64,000 bases of DNA from Arsenophonus sp. NEOnobi-MAG3 (GTDB lineage Bacteria > Pseudomonadota > Gammaproteobacteria > Enterobacterales > Enterobacteriaceae). The notes beneath the pieces are model-generated. The model did not search any database. It was not told the DNA's origin and worked only from the letters and a program-made list of their open reading frames with translations. A program made the position numbers and the translations under genes. Positions 48,107 through 60,141 of this stretch are shown piece after piece. The DNA lies in the NCBI GenBank assembly GCA_052171895.1, contig JBQMRN010000007.1, positions 2,111 to 66,110 of the forward strand, read 5' to 3'. Position 1 is the first letter of the stretch, and each line of letters opens with the position of its first letter.

Positions 48107-49187
48107 TGTTTGGTCCAGGATTATTATATATAGACCCTCCTCGCTAAGCCCTATTCATAGGAATAGGGCCTACTGATAGGATATTATTGATGGTATATAT
48201 CATGATAATAAGGCTTTATCGTTAAGCAATTAAAATACCTAAAATCAGAGCTGATCTTTAGGTAAACAAAAAGCCTGAATCTATTTTGGCTAAGCCTTAT
48301 GGGATATTCGAACTTATCTTTAATTAAAGGATAAAACGAGATAATGTTGATTATCATAGCCATATTGTTGTCAATCGTTCGGAGACGGAGATATTTGCCC
48401 CCTCAGGAAGCTGTAGTTGTTTTTCTCCCTCTCGCCAATCTGCTTGTAGTTGTATGCAAATTTCTGAACCCCAGTTTCTATTTCGATCTGGAATAGATCG
48501 CTGTTTATGGAGGCTAGGACTGGTGGAATTTGCGTGAAATGAGGCAAAGGGGTGGAGAAGGAGGAGAGCCCCATGAAGAGATAAAGTATAAAGCGTTTAA
48601 AAGCTACGAGCCTGATTATCTGCACGTAGATGTGAAATATTTCCCGTAAATTTCAAGGGAAATTTCACGATGTTATCTTTTTGTAGGCATAGATCGCGAA
48701 ATTCAATGGATTTTTATTCGTTTTTATAAGGCCAAGATCCTGACTAATGCTTGATACTTTTTAGGTGATCTTAACTGAGCATCTTCCATGGCTATCCATT
48801 GGGTACTTACAAACAATGGTAAAAAATTTATAGGCCACCTTTTGGTCTGTAAAAACGTTCAGCTACTGGAAAACATGAATTCACCCGTTTGTGTACAGAG
48901 CTTTGTTGTGTATAGAGCTTGGTATAGAACATCAACTTTAGCCAATTGATCCATCCTTAACCGAATGGTATGCTTGAGCAATTTAATTAGCGTATAAAAG
49001 ATGACTACAAAGCTATTATTTCAATTCTGGTCAAGAGCTTGAGATCACTCTGTATCGATAAGTTTGCCTGTTAATCAAGAATTATTCCAATCAGTATTGG
49101 GTAGTAAAACTCTATTACAGTCTATGAAAGATTGGTTTAAAGTTAAACCTGAATTATAAAAAATATACTATCTTCCGGGATATGAGA
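48107..49187 (+). mobile_element. IS481-family element with 6-bp target duplication GTTAAC, between lpxA and lpxB
   Basis: Begins TGTTTGGTCCAGG and ends CCGGGATATGAGA. GTTAAC at 48101-48106 and 49188-49193. Transposase remnant YKAFKSYEPDYLHVDVKY. Confidence 0.9.
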
Positions 49188-49217
49188 GTTAACAAGCAAT
49201 CTGAATAGGAGAAATCT

Positions 49218-50390
49218 TTGGCAAATACTCATCAAGTTGTAATTCAACAACGACCTTTGATTATTGGTCTCGTTGTTGGAGAAATATCAGGCGACATACT
49301 TGGTGCAGGGCTTATTGGTGCACTAAAACAGCAAGTCCCTAATGCGCGTTTTGTTGGTGTCGCAGGTCCATTAATGCGAGCAGAGGGCTGTGAGGCTTGG
49401 TATGAAATGGAAGAATTTGCTGTGATGGGGATTGTTGAAGTTTTGGGACGACTTGCACGCTTATTACAAATTCGCGCTAACTTAACTAGGTGTTTTTCTA
49501 AATTGCAGCCTGATGTATTTGTTGGGATAGATGCGCCTGACTTTAATATTACCCTTGAATGGAAATTAAAACAAAAAGGTATAAAAACTATTCATTACGT
49601 CAGTCCTTCTGTTTGGGCCTGGAGACAGGATCGTATTTTCAAGATAAGAAAGGCAACCGACCTAGTGCTTGCTTTGTTACCCTTTGAAAAAAGGTTTTAT
49701 GACCGCTACAATATTCCCTGTCGTTTTATCGGGCATACTATGGCTGATAGTATACCGCTACAGCCTGATAAGAAGGGTGCTAGAGCACAACTCAATATAA
49801 CCAATGATGCTAAGTGTTTGGCCATCTTGCCGGGTAGCCGTCGTGCTGAAGTTGAAATACTGAGTGCTAATTTTTTGCACGCTGCACAAATTTTGATAAA
49901 GGATTTTCCTTATTTACAAATCTTAGTTCCTGTTGTTAACCAACAACGTTGGCAACAATTTGAAGCGATTTATCAAGAGATTTCGCCAGCTTTACCACTG
50001 AAAATTTTAGATGGTAAAGCGCAGATAGCTATGATTGCAGCCGATGTAACTTTATTAGCTTCAGGGACAGCTTCATTAGAATGTATGCTAGCAAAGTGTC
50101 CGATGGTAGTTGGATATCGAATGAAACCAGTGACTTATTGGCTAGCTAAACGCCTGGTTAAAATTCCTTTTATTTCATTGCCTAATTTATTGGCAGGCGA
50201 AGAGTTGGTTAAAGAATTTATTCAGGAAGATTGTCAACCTGAACGATTAGCCGGCTCACTTAAGTCCTTACTGATAGATAAAAAAAAGGTTAACCAGCTA
50301 AAACAAACCTTCTTGCAATTACATAAAAGTATCCTTTGCCATGCAGATCAACAAGCAGCAGAAGCAGTCTTGGAGCTAAGTAAAAAATGA
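49218..50390 (+). CDS. lpxB: lipid-A-disaccharide synthase
   Basis: [39 protein letters not shown] and [11 protein letters not shown] start after AGGAG. Confidence 0.96.
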   Translation: MANTHQVVIQQRPLIIGLVVGEISGDILGAGLIGALKQQVPNARFVGVAGPLMRAEGCEAWYEMEEFAVMGIVEVLGRLARLLQIRANLTRCFSKLQPDVFVGIDAPDFNITLEWKLKQKGIKTIHYVSPSVWAWRQDRIFKIRKATDLVLALLPFEKRFYDRYNIPCRFIGHTMADSIPLQPDKKGARAQLNITNDAKCLAILPGSRRAEVEILSANFLHAAQILIKDFPYLQILVPVVNQQRWQQFEAIYQEISPALPLKILDGKAQIAMIAADVTLLASGTASLECMLAKCPMVVGYRMKPVTYWLAKRLVKIPFISLPNLLAGEELVKEFIQEDCQPERLAGSLKSLLIDKKKVNQLKQTFLQLHKSILCHADQQAAEAVLELSKK

Positions 50391-50975
50391 ATAATTTTAT
50401 TTATCCTAGAGCAAAATTTATTGCTGGTGTTGATGAGGTTGGTCGAGGACCTTTAGTCGGAGCAGTGATAACAGCCACAGTGTAGATCCAAAACAGCCAA
50501 TAATAGGATTAGCTAATTCTAAAAAATTAACTGAAAATGGCATAGTAATATACTATATATTGAGATTTAAGACAAAGCATTATCTTGGAGTATTGGGCGT
50601 GTGCAGTGGCAAAAGAGATAGATAATATCAATATATTTCAGTCCACTTTTTACCCATGTATACGGAGTGAAGGGACTTATCACTATGCATGATTTTATTT
50701 TAAAAGATGGCAATAAGATCCCAGCTTTTCCTGTACCTTCTCAGGCGATTATTAAAGGTGACAGTTTAGTGCAAAAAATTAGTGCCGCATCAATATTACC
50801 AAAAGTGATCTGAGATAGAGAAATGAGAGACTTAGATATCCTTTTCCAGAGTATGCTTTTTCTCAACATAAAGGCTATCCAACGGTATTTTATCTAGAAA
50901 AACTAGCTCAACATGGTCAAATACAGTTTCATCGCAAAAGATTTGCCCATCTTCGCCGAAGACTGAATTGTAAAA
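50387..50975 (+). pseudogene. rnhB: ribonuclease HII pseudogene
   Basis: [28 protein letters not shown], then frameshifts and stops. Later remnants DGN, IKGDS-V--ISAASIL-KV, HKGYPT-F-LEKL--HG and HRK-F. No ORF of 60 aa or more. Confidence 0.93.
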
Positions 50976-50991
50976 ATATATAGTTAAGAAA

Positions 50992-53900
50992 ATGGCCAAA
51001 CCACATTTTATACACTTACGTGTACATACTGACTATTCCATTATTGATGGATTAGCAAAAATTAACCAACTCATTAATCGAGTGGTAGAATTAGGCATGC
51101 CTGCATTGGCAATAACCGATTTTACTAATCTTTATGGTTTAATAAAATTTTATAATGCGGCACATTCTGCCGGAGTTAAGCCAATTATTGGTGCAGATTT
51201 TTATCTAGAAAGTGAATTACTCGGCGATGAAGTTGCTCATTTAACTATTCTGGCCAGGGATAATAAAGGTTACCATAATCTAATACTACTCATTTCCGCA
51301 GCCTATCAAAAAGGCTATGACGCAATCGGACCAACGATCAGGAGAGAATGGCTGATAATCCATAAAGAGGGGTTATTATTACTTTCTGGTGGCTGTATGG
51401 GCGATGTGGGTAAATTTTTATTACGTGGAAATCAACAACTGGTTGATCAATGTTTAGATTTTTATCAAACTTATTTCCAGGATAACTATTATTTAGAACT
51501 TGTTAGAATTGGGCGCCCTGATGAAGAGAGTTATTTACATGCCGCTGTCCAATTGGCTGCACAAAAAAGTGTGCCAGTCGTTGCTACCAATAATGTACGC
51601 TTTATTAATACTGATGATTTTGCTGCACATGAAATACGGGTAGCGATCCATGATGGTTTTACACTTGCTGATCCAAAAAGACCTAAAAATTATACTCCTC
51701 AGCAATATCTACGCACTGAACAGGAAATGGTTGAATTATTTGCCGACATTCCTGAGGCATTGGAAAATAGTATCGAAATTGCTAAGCGCTGTAATGTGAT
51801 GATGCGTTTAGGTGAATATTTTTTGCCGCAATTCCCAACTGGTGATATAGCAACGGAAGATTTCCTTATCAAATGTGCAAAAGTAGGTCTGGAAGAACGT
51901 TTACAATTTATTTATTCCGACGAGAACGAAAGAGCTGAACGGCGGGTAGCATATGATGAACGTTTAGATATCGAGTTACAAGTGATTAATCAGATGGGAT
52001 TTCCTGGTTATTTTCTGATTGTAATGGAGTTTATTCAATGGTCAAAAGATAACGCTATTCCTGTTGGCCCTGGGCGAGGTTCTGGTGCTGGCTCATTAGT
52101 TGCTTATGCACTAAAAATTACGGACTTAGATCCGCTTCAATTTGATCTTTTATTTGAACGTTTTCTTAATCCTGATCGTGTTTCCATGCCTGACTTTGAT
52201 GTTGATTTTTGTATGGAAAAACGCGATCAGGTCATTGAACATGTTGCGCAAATATATGCTCGTGAAGCTGTCTCACAAATTATTACTTTTGGTACAATGG
52301 CTGCAAAAGCTGTTATTCGAGATGTTGGTCGGGTACTGGATCATCCGTATGGATTTGTTGATCGAATCGCGAAATTAATTCCGCTGGATCCTGGTATGAC
52401 GATTGAAAAGGCGTTTGTTGTAGAGCCACAATTGCAAGAAATTTATGATTCTGATGAAGAAGTTAAGTTGTTGATAGATATGGCCCGCAAACTTGAAGGT
52501 GTGATACGTAATGCAGGTAAACATGCTGGTGGAGTAGTCATAGCGCCGACCAAAATAACAGATTTTGCACCACTTTATTGTGATCATGAAGGGAAAAATC
52601 CGGTTACCCAATTTGATAAAACTGATGTTGAATACGCCGGTTTAGTAAAATTTGATTTTCTTGGTCTTAGAACTTTGACAATCATTAGTTGGACGTTAGA
52701 TATGATTAATCAACGTCTGGCAAAACAAAATTTAGCGCCCATCGATATCGGGACGATCCCTCTTGATGATCAAAAATGTTTTGAACTATTACAACGGGCC
52801 GAAACAACAGCGGTATTCCAACTAGAATCTTGGGGTATGAAAGACTTGATTAAGCGATTGCGCCCTGATTGCTTTGAAGATATGATCGCTTTGGTTGCAC
52901 TTTTTCGTCCAGGCCCATTACAGTCAGGGATGGTGGATAATTTTATTGATCGTAAGCATGGGCGCGAAGCTATCTCTTATCCTGATGTTGAATGGCAGCA
53001 TGACTCATTACAACCGATTTTAGAGTCTACCTATGGTATCATTCTTTATCAAGAACAAGTTATGCAGATTGCTCAGGTGCTTGCTGGTTATACGCTAGGG
53101 GGAGCAGATATGCTTCGCCGGGCTATGGGCAAAAAAAAGCCTGAAGAAATGGCGGAACAACGCTCAGTTTTTGAAGCTGGGGCGGTTAAAAATGGTATTG
53201 ATGGTAAGTTAGGGATGAAAATCTTTAATCTACTAGAAAAATTTGCCGGTTACGGATTTAATAAATCACATTCTGCAGCTTATGCATTAGTTTCTTACCA
53301 GACTCTTTGGTTAAAAACACACTATCCAGCTGAATTTATGGCGGCAGTTATGACAGCGGATATGGATAATACTGAGAAAGTAGTTGCTTTAGTTGATGAA
53401 TGTTGGTCTATGGGGTTAAAAGTATTACCGCCTGATATCAATAGTGGGTTATATCATTTTCATGTCAATGCTAGTGGTGAAATTGTTTATGGAATTGGTG
53501 CAATTAAAGGTGTTGGTGAAAGTCCAATAGAAACTATTATTGAATCGCGTCAAAAAGGAGGTTATTTTAAAGAAATTTTTGATCTTTGTGCACGGGTCAC
53601 TAAAAAGCTTAATCGTAGAGTGATGAAAAAATTAATTATGTCCGGTGCTTTTGATCATTTAGGTCCACACCGTGCCGCGTTAATGTCTTCATTAGAAGAT
53701 GCATTAAAAGCGGCAGATCAACACACTAAAGCAGAATCTATTGGACAAACTGATATGTTTGGCGTATTAGCTGAAGCGCCTGAACAGATTGAACAATCTT
53801 ATGGTAGTGTACCTAAATGGCCTGAACACTTCATATTAGAAGGTGAACGAGAAACATTAGGTCACTATTTAACTGGGCATCCTATTACCGCTTATTTGTC

Positions 53901-54471
53901 TGAAATTAAATATTATACCAGTGGATTGAGATTAAAGGATGTGAATCCAACACCTCAGGGACAGATGTCAACGGTGGTTGGTTTAGCGATGACAGCTAAA
54001 GTACTAACCAGTAAACATGGCAATAGAATAGGCAAATGTACTTTAGATGATCGTTCTGGACGCTTGGATATAATATTATTTTCAGATACTTTAGAAAAGT
54101 ATCAGCATTTACTTAAAAAAGATAAAATATTAATTGCCATAGGTCAAGTCAGCTTTGATGATTTCAATGGTAATAATAAAATGTCTGTTCGTGAATTGAT
54201 GGATCTTAGTGAAGCTCGTGAAAAATATGCTAGAGCTATTGCTATTTCATTAACAGATAAACAAATTGATGACCAATTATTAAACCGTCTTCGTAGCATA
54301 TTGGAACCTTATCGTTCAGGAACAATACCGGTTCATCTTTATTATCGGAAGAAAGATGCTTGCGCTAAATTAAAATTAGGCGTCACTTGGCGAGTTGTTC
54401 CAACTGATAATCTTCTAACTGAGCTTCGAGCTCTGCTAGGTAATCAGCAGGTAGAATTAGAATTTGAGTAA
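50992..54471 (+). CDS. dnaE: DNA polymerase III alpha subunit
   Basis: [14 protein letters not shown] domain, [34 protein letters not shown] and YGFNKSHS. Confidence 0.99.
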   Translation: MAKPHFIHLRVHTDYSIIDGLAKINQLINRVVELGMPALAITDFTNLYGLIKFYNAAHSAGVKPIIGADFYLESELLGDEVAHLTILARDNKGYHNLILLISAAYQKGYDAIGPTIRREWLIIHKEGLLLLSGGCMGDVGKFLLRGNQQLVDQCLDFYQTYFQDNYYLELVRIGRPDEESYLHAAVQLAAQKSVPVVATNNVRFINTDDFAAHEIRVAIHDGFTLADPKRPKNYTPQQYLRTEQEMVELFADIPEALENSIEIAKRCNVMMRLGEYFLPQFPTGDIATEDFLIKCAKVGLEERLQFIYSDENERAERRVAYDERLDIELQVINQMGFPGYFLIVMEFIQWSKDNAIPVGPGRGSGAGSLVAYALKITDLDPLQFDLLFERFLNPDRVSMPDFDVDFCMEKRDQVIEHVAQIYAREAVSQIITFGTMAAKAVIRDVGRVLDHPYGFVDRIAKLIPLDPGMTIEKAFVVEPQLQEIYDSDEEVKLLIDMARKLEGVIRNAGKHAGGVVIAPTKITDFAPLYCDHEGKNPVTQFDKTDVEYAGLVKFDFLGLRTLTIISWTLDMINQRLAKQNLAPIDIGTIPLDDQKCFELLQRAETTAVFQLESWGMKDLIKRLRPDCFEDMIALVALFRPGPLQSGMVDNFIDRKHGREAISYPDVEWQHDSLQPILESTYGIILYQEQVMQIAQVLAGYTLGGADMLRRAMGKKKPEEMAEQRSVFEAGAVKNGIDGKLGMKIFNLLEKFAGYGFNKSHSAAYALVSYQTLWLKTHYPAEFMAAVMTADMDNTEKVVALVDECWSMGLKVLPPDINSGLYHFHVNASGEIVYGIGAIKGVGESPIETIIESRQKGGYFKEIFDLCARVTKKLNRRVMKKLIMSGAFDHLGPHRAALMSSLEDALKAADQHTKAESIGQTDMFGVLAEAPEQIEQSYGSVPKWPEHFILEGERETLGHYLTGHPITAYLSEIKYYTSGLRLKDVNPTPQGQMSTVVGLAMTAKVLTSKHGNRIGKCTLDDRSGRLDIILFSDTLEKYQHLLKKDKILIAIGQVSFDDFNGNNKMSVRELMDLSEAREKYARAIAISLTDKQIDDQLLNRLRSILEPYRSGTIPVHLYYRKKDACAKLKLGVTWRVVPTDNLLTELRALLGNQQVELEFE

Positions 54472-54482
54472 ATAGGAATATT

Positions 54483-55442
54483 ATGAACCTTAATTTTTTG
54501 GATTTTGAACAGCCAATTTTAGAGTTGGAAGCAAAAATAGACTCATTAACAGCAATAAATCGTCAGGATACCAAGCTAGATATTGATCTAGATGAAGAAG
54601 TCACTAGACTTCGTGAAAAGAGTTTAGAGTTAACACGAAAAATTTTTTCTGAATTAGGTGCTTGGCAAATAGCACAACTTGCTCGGCACCCTATGCGACC
54701 TTATACTTTAGATTATGCTAAGCGTATATTGACGCATTTCCAGGAGCTAGCTGGTGATCGTGCTTATGCTGATGATAAAGCTATTGTTGGTGGGTTGGCT
54801 CGATTGGATGGGCGTCCAGTAATGGTTATTGGTCATCAGAAGGGGCGTGAAACAAAAGAAAAAATTCGACGCAATTTTGGCATGCCAGCACCAGAAGGAT
54901 ACCGTAAGGCTTTACGGTTAATGGAAATCGCTGAGCGTTTTAAGTTACCGATTATTACTTTTATTGATACACCAGGAGGATATCCTGGTGTTGGTGCTGA
55001 GGAACGTGGTCAGTCTGAAGCGATTGCCCGTAATTTACGTGAAATGTCTCGGCTTTTTGTTCCTATTATCTGTACGGTAATAGGTGAGGGTGGGTCTGGA
55101 GGTGCTTTAGCGATTGGTGTTGGTGATAAAGTCAATATGCTGCAGTATAGTACTTATTCTGTAATTTCACCCGAGGGCTGTGCTTCTATTCTTTGGAAAA
55201 GTGCGGATAAAGCACCATTAGCTGCTGAAGCGATGGGAATCACCGCTTTACGTTTAAAATCACTTAATCTAATTGATAATATTGTTGAAGAACCGTTGGG
55301 TGGCGCACATCGTAATTATGAGCAAATTGCGCATAATCTTAAACAGCGTATTTTAAATGATTTAAGTGATATTGATTTATTTAGTCCTGAAGAATTGAGA
55401 AACCGTCGTTATCAACGCTTAATGGAATGTGGTTATTGCTAG
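54483..55442 (+). CDS. accA: acetyl-CoA carboxylase carboxyltransferase alpha
   Basis: [32 protein letters not shown] and [10 protein letters not shown]. Confidence 0.98.
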   Translation: MNLNFLDFEQPILELEAKIDSLTAINRQDTKLDIDLDEEVTRLREKSLELTRKIFSELGAWQIAQLARHPMRPYTLDYAKRILTHFQELAGDRAYADDKAIVGGLARLDGRPVMVIGHQKGRETKEKIRRNFGMPAPEGYRKALRLMEIAERFKLPIITFIDTPGGYPGVGAEERGQSEAIARNLREMSRLFVPIICTVIGEGGSGGALAIGVGDKVNMLQYSTYSVISPEGCASILWKSADKAPLAAEAMGITALRLKSLNLIDNIVEEPLGGAHRNYEQIAHNLKQRILNDLSDIDLFSPEELRNRRYQRLMECGYC

Positions 55443-55461
55443 TTTTGTAGTAGATAATAAA

Positions 55462-55515
55462 TAAAAAATAGAAATAACTATTAATTATTAATTTAATGAT
55501 TATTTCTATTTTTTA
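55462..55515. repeat. 16-bp perfect inverted repeat with 22-nt loop in the accA-tilS spacer
   Basis: TAAAAAATAGAAATAA ... TTATTTCTATTTTTTA. Very AT-rich, possibly a terminator. Confidence 0.6.
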
Positions 55516-55601
55516 ATGTTTAAAAATTTATTTTTTATTTTTATACAAAATGTTTATTTACAATAAATTATATCACTATTAATAGTATAATAAGTGAAAA
55601 T

Positions 55602-56975
55602 ATGGCAATAAATAATTTCGATAGAGGTAGTAAGAGTAATATGAATGCTGATGATGAGCCTAAATTACTGAACAAAATTATAAAAACCATCGCCTCTACC
55701 TCTACACGCCGAATATTGCTAAGTTTTAGTGGTGGACTGGATTCAACAGTTTTATTACATGCTTTAGTGTCATTACGTCAAACCACAGTGCCAAACCTTA
55801 AGATTCGCGCGGTTTTTATTCATCATGGACTTAATGATAAAGCTGATGATTGGGCTAGCCATTGCCAAAAAGTTTGTTTTGACTGGCAGGTAGAGTTTTA
55901 TTCACAGCATGTTTATATCGATCCAGCTAAAAAAGGGATCGAAGCAGCGGCCCGTGATGCACGATATCACGTCTTTCGTAAAATATTATTACCAGAGGAA
56001 ATTATTGTTACTGCCCAACATTTAGATGATCAAGCAGAAACTTTTTTATTAGCATTAAAACGGGGGAGTGGGCCAGCAGGTTTATCTTCCATGCCAATTT
56101 CTATTCCATTTGCTGATACCTATTTAATTAGGCCCCTATTATCATTCAGCCGTCAGCAATTAATTTTATATGCTCAAAAAAAATCGCTTTCTTGGATAGA
56201 AGACGATAGTAATCAAGATCAGCGCTATGATCGTAACTTTTTACGTTTAACTATAATGCCGCATTTTAATCAGCGTTGGCCGTATTTTTCGCTAGCAGTG
56301 GCAAGAAGTGCTAGTTTATGTGCAGAACAAGAAGCTTTATTAAATGAATTACTAAAAGATTATTTATCTCAGCTAATAATAGCAGAAGGAGCCTTGCAGC
56401 TTGATGCTTTAGTCAGTTATTCTGAAATAAAACGTAATGCAATATTACGTCGTTGGTTGAGTTTACATCGAATTTTGATGCCTTCTCGTGTTCAATTAAA
56501 ACAGATTTGGCAAGACGTGATCTGTGCGCGTCCAGATGCAGAGCCACAATTTATATTAGCTAACAATAATGTTATCCGGCGTTTTAAACAACAGCTTTGG
56601 TTGCTGCCACAATTTAACGATTTGACTAAAATTTGTTTAGCGTGGCAGCTGCCTGCTGCAATTAAATTGCCCGATAGCTTAGGTGTGCTAATAATCACAG
56701 ATCATGGAACGCAGTTTCGTGCGCCGTTATCAAATGAGAAGGTTACTATTCGATTTGGATTAAAAGGAAATATTAAAATTATTGGTCGTCAACACACTAG
56801 ACGGAGTAAAAAGCTTTGGCAGGAGTTAGGCGTAGCACCTTGGTTAAGGGATAGAACGCCTTTGATTTATTATAATGATGAACTTATTGCAGCTGTTGGC
56901 GTATTTATTACTCAATCAGGCCAATGTATTCAAGGGCAGCCTGAATTGAAAGTAAAATGGATAAGGGATAAATAA
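55602..56975 (+). CDS. tilS: tRNA(Ile)-lysidine synthetase
   Basis: SFSGGLDSTVLLH, HHGL, EAAARDARY, TAQHLDDQAET, RPLL and EDDSNQD-RYDRNFLR. True start may be the ATG at 55641. Confidence 0.96.
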   Translation: MAINNFDRGSKSNMNADDEPKLLNKIIKTIASTSTRRILLSFSGGLDSTVLLHALVSLRQTTVPNLKIRAVFIHHGLNDKADDWASHCQKVCFDWQVEFYSQHVYIDPAKKGIEAAARDARYHVFRKILLPEEIIVTAQHLDDQAETFLLALKRGSGPAGLSSMPISIPFADTYLIRPLLSFSRQQLILYAQKKSLSWIEDDSNQDQRYDRNFLRLTIMPHFNQRWPYFSLAVARSASLCAEQEALLNELLKDYLSQLIIAEGALQLDALVSYSEIKRNAILRRWLSLHRILMPSRVQLKQIWQDVICARPDAEPQFILANNNVIRRFKQQLWLLPQFNDLTKICLAWQLPAAIKLPDSLGVLIITDHGTQFRAPLSNEKVTIRFGLKGNIKIIGRQHTRRSKKLWQELGVAPWLRDRTPLIYYNDELIAAVGVFITQSGQCIQGQPELKVKWIRDK

Positions 56976-57034
56976 CCTTTATCTTAAATAGTAAGGCTTA
57001 TTATTGTGCCGGTATAATAATGGTTTCTTTTATT

Positions 57035-57260
57035 ATCTAGTAAAGATAATATAACTATCTTGTCAATTTCAGGATAAGTAAAACTAACAATATATCTAAT
57101 CGCAGATGCTTTTTTCACTAGCAATATCAACAAGCAGATATTTAATCCGTTTTTAAAACCAGATCAATTGATCTGGTTTATGATTATTTAGAACTACGCT
57201 TGCCAGCGTAGTTCTAAATAATCATAGTCATCGCAGTTGATTGGTTTGTATTTACTATAT
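57035..57260 (-). pseudogene. rof: Rho-binding antiterminator Rof pseudogene with its centre replaced by palindromes
   Basis: Minus strand KYKPINCDDYDYLEL...DLV-K-RI-YLLVDIA-EK-HLRLD-IVSFTYPEI compared with E. coli Rof YQPINCDDYDNLELACQ...DLVSRKNVEYLVVE...LRLDKITSFSHPEIG. Downstream of tilS on the opposite strand, as in E. coli. Confidence 0.85.
57156..57226. repeat. two abutting perfect palindromes (24-bp palindrome; 22-bp-arm hairpin with 4-nt loop)
   Basis: AAACCAGATCAA|TTGATCTGGTTT (57156-57179) and TATGATTATTTAGAACTACGCT-tgcc-AGCGTAGTTCTAAATAATCATA (57179-57226). Confidence 0.92.
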
Positions 57261-57442
57261 TTAAATGTAATCCCTTCTTTATCCCCCCTCACCACTATTA
57301 TTAAGTAGCAGTTATTTGCTGCCTCCTTTGAATATTTGTAATTTTAAGCATTTACTGCTTAAAGTGCATAATAGCACCATGCTTTTTTAAGAAAAGATAA
57401 AAAATCAGCATGAAATCTCACTTATTAATATTTATTATATGC

Positions 57443-58902
57443 GAGTTATTAGCAAATCTGGTGTATAACGGTCAGGCTACGCTTCGCTCTGATGCTTCAT
57501 GAATCTCTTCTGCATCCTTAAATTTTACGTTCTTTACTACCAGGGTTAGTAGGTTAAAATTCTATTACCCAGTTCCCGCTTTTTTGAGTAGACTGTACAA
57601 GCTTAAATACCATGAAAGTGTTGTTTTTTCGAACTACAGTTCTTCTCGCTTCGCTTTCGTAGTCTTAGTGTCGCAAAAGCCGATTCAATCGGATTCGTCG
57701 TTCCTTATTGACCACAAGTGCTCTGACAGGAAGTTGTAGAATACCAGAAGTTTTTTTCGATTTTTCTCCAGTGTTTTCATCGCTGTAAGATATTTCGCTG
57801 AAAAGATTAGATTAGCAAAAAAAAGGTTAAGAGCTTTATTAGCAAGATCGCCGGCCCTCTTGCTAGGCAGAGAGCTTCCCGTAGCTTAACTCAGCCTTAA
57901 CTTTCGATTGCATGCCTCTTTTTGAGGACTGACGCCAGCCCATTAGTTGTTTGTATACTCAACAGCGTTGGTTATGCGTGTCCTAGTGGGATATCTTTGC
58001 CATTGGATTCTAAAAACTAAGGCCACCGTCTCCCTAGTAAGGCTAGGATATAAGGTTAAGTCGCGCGCTCGCAGGGCACATTAATAAGTTCGCGGCTCTG
58101 TTTGATTTGACTCTCGATAACTATCTTCGAGCTGAACTAGCTCCTTTACATCCATACTCACTGACATAAATGATGACTATCAGAGCAGGAAAAAGCAATC
58201 ATCTTGCCTGATATGATTGTATATGTCATCGGCCCAGAAATAAACGTAGCGCGTATCACTTAAATCATACAGGCACCATATTGTCTATGTTCTTTCAAGT
58301 TATTGCTATTTCAATCTCCTGATTGGGTACTACCAGAGAGAACCATGTGCTTTTCAGCGAGAAACCTTCGCCCCTCGAACTTCGTGAAAATCATCGGTGG
58401 AGATGTGGTATTGCAAGAAGTATACAGCCAGCATGGTAGTAACTTTTTAAGGCTTTTTTCACGCTTCAGATAAGGCGATAGCAATGAGCTGTTGAAGCAT
58501 ATTCCGTTGCGGTTGCGGATCCCTATCCGCTCCCTGTGAATTTAGACACTTTAATCTCAACATTACCAATATCACTCTGTATAGTTAGCTCTGGTGAATA
58601 ATCGTTACAAAGACTACGAATGACTCCAGTCGAAGAAGGTGGGGTTCAGCATGTTATATATTATCGCAGCGTAGGCTTTGAGTTCAGCCTTAACGGCGGT
58701 AGCTATCAAGCTGCGCCACTGGCACCAGTATGGATGAGTTCATGCAAGGAATCAGAGGTAATATCTAGTTTTGCGGATACTTGTATGGGGGTAGACTTTT
58801 TTATGGCATATCATCTCTCTGCTGTTGAAATTATTCACGAGATCAATCAGCAGGATAGGTTAGTTTCTCTAAAACACTATACACCAGAAATGAGCATAAC
58901 TC
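57443..58902 (-). mobile_element. IS256-family element, full length, degenerate
   Basis: GAGTTATTAGCAAATCTGGTGTAT at 57443 and ATACACCAGAAATGAGCATAACTC ending 58902. Confidence 0.9.
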
Positions 58903-60141
58903 CAAGCAAAGAGCCTGCGTCTACTTTTACTAAGCGTTATTGGATATCTGAACTTAGCTTTGCTAAAGGGCAAAAACTAGATGATGTTGATAATCTGCCA
59001 TGTTGCCAAAGGTTGTTGCTAGAAATCCTTTATACTGTATGAAGAATTTTCTATATAGTATTATCATGAAAAAGTAAATAATCATACAGATCAAAGAGAC
59101 TCTTTCTTTACTCTCTACTAACATAAAGGTGCATCTCATTAGTTAGCTCAGTGACAATCTGTCGGATGATCTCGATTCATGCATTGAACCAATTCATTCT
59201 AGTTTATCCTGTCCATATTGCTACAGTGAACATGTTATCCGATAGGGAGATTCATTATGGTTAGAGCGATATTGTTGCAAAATCCTCGATTGTAGGAAAA
59301 GATTTAATAATCTTACTGGAAGTCCTCTAGCGAAACTATGTCAGAAGGGAAGGATAAATGCTTTAGTTATCTGTTCTGTATCTTGAATAGCTTGACTTTA
59401 CGAGAGTCAAGCGAAACAAACAGATATTATTTGAAAACAGCATTTAGATAGCGTCACTGCTTCCTTGCTTCATCGGCGAGAGCTAACATAAATACACTAA
59501 ATGGTATATTGTTGCAGTCGATGAAACATTTTTCCTGAATCCTTTAAAGGAAAGGTTATATTCCACATGGGAAAGCTAAAAATGCGGGGGAGCAGGAGAT
59601 AACAGGAAAAGAACAAATCGTGCGATTTTAATCGCTAGAGATCGACAGGTTCATGTAAACGATGAGATTCTTAAAGAGTTTAATGCAGAGAGAGTGTGCT
59701 AGCCGTTTTCTTAAGCCGATTTTTGATAAAGAGTCCATCCTTTTGTTGGATGGAGCTAATGGATGGTATAAAAGCTTTGCCAGCGAGCATGAAATTAGTC
59801 AATATCTTCTAATAAGGTTGGATAATCAAAGAGTTATTGGTAAGGGATTTTATATTCAAAATGTGAACAGTTATATCAGCCTATTAAAAGGATAGCTGAG
59901 TAGATTCTACAGTGTAGGGGTTGTTTTATTTACTTAATTATCTAGCTGAAAAAGCTTATTTGAAACCAGAATAATTAAAATATAGATATGGCTAAAAATT
60001 GCTCTGCGATCAAAAACAATCTTTTCCAACATAGCCTGATGATCGCAGGCATATTTCTTATCATTTGCAGACGACGCTGTTGTGTCAGCTCAGGAAGCGG
60101 AATCGTTTCCTCAGAAAACTGCTCTCTCGAAGATTTGCTGG
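58903..60141 (+). mobile_element. IS481 internal fragment (58903-58995 + 60037-60141) split by IS1595
   Basis: SKEPASTF-KRY-ISELSFAK...DDV continues after the IS1595 as DDRRHISYHLQTTL--AQEA, colinear with 38750-38950. Confidence 0.75.
58996..60036 (+). mobile_element. IS1595-family element with 8-bp target duplication
   Basis: Ends TGCCATGTTGCCAAAGG and CTTTTCCAACATAGCC. Flanks TGATAATC (58988-58995) and TGATGATC (60037-60044). DKESIL--DGA--YKSFA...FYIQNVNSYIS-LKG. Confidence 0.85.

Noticed and set aside
55602-55640. N-terminal extension of TilS as a new domain
   Set aside because: Short and low-complexity, with an alternative ATG at 55641. Most likely start-site ambiguity.
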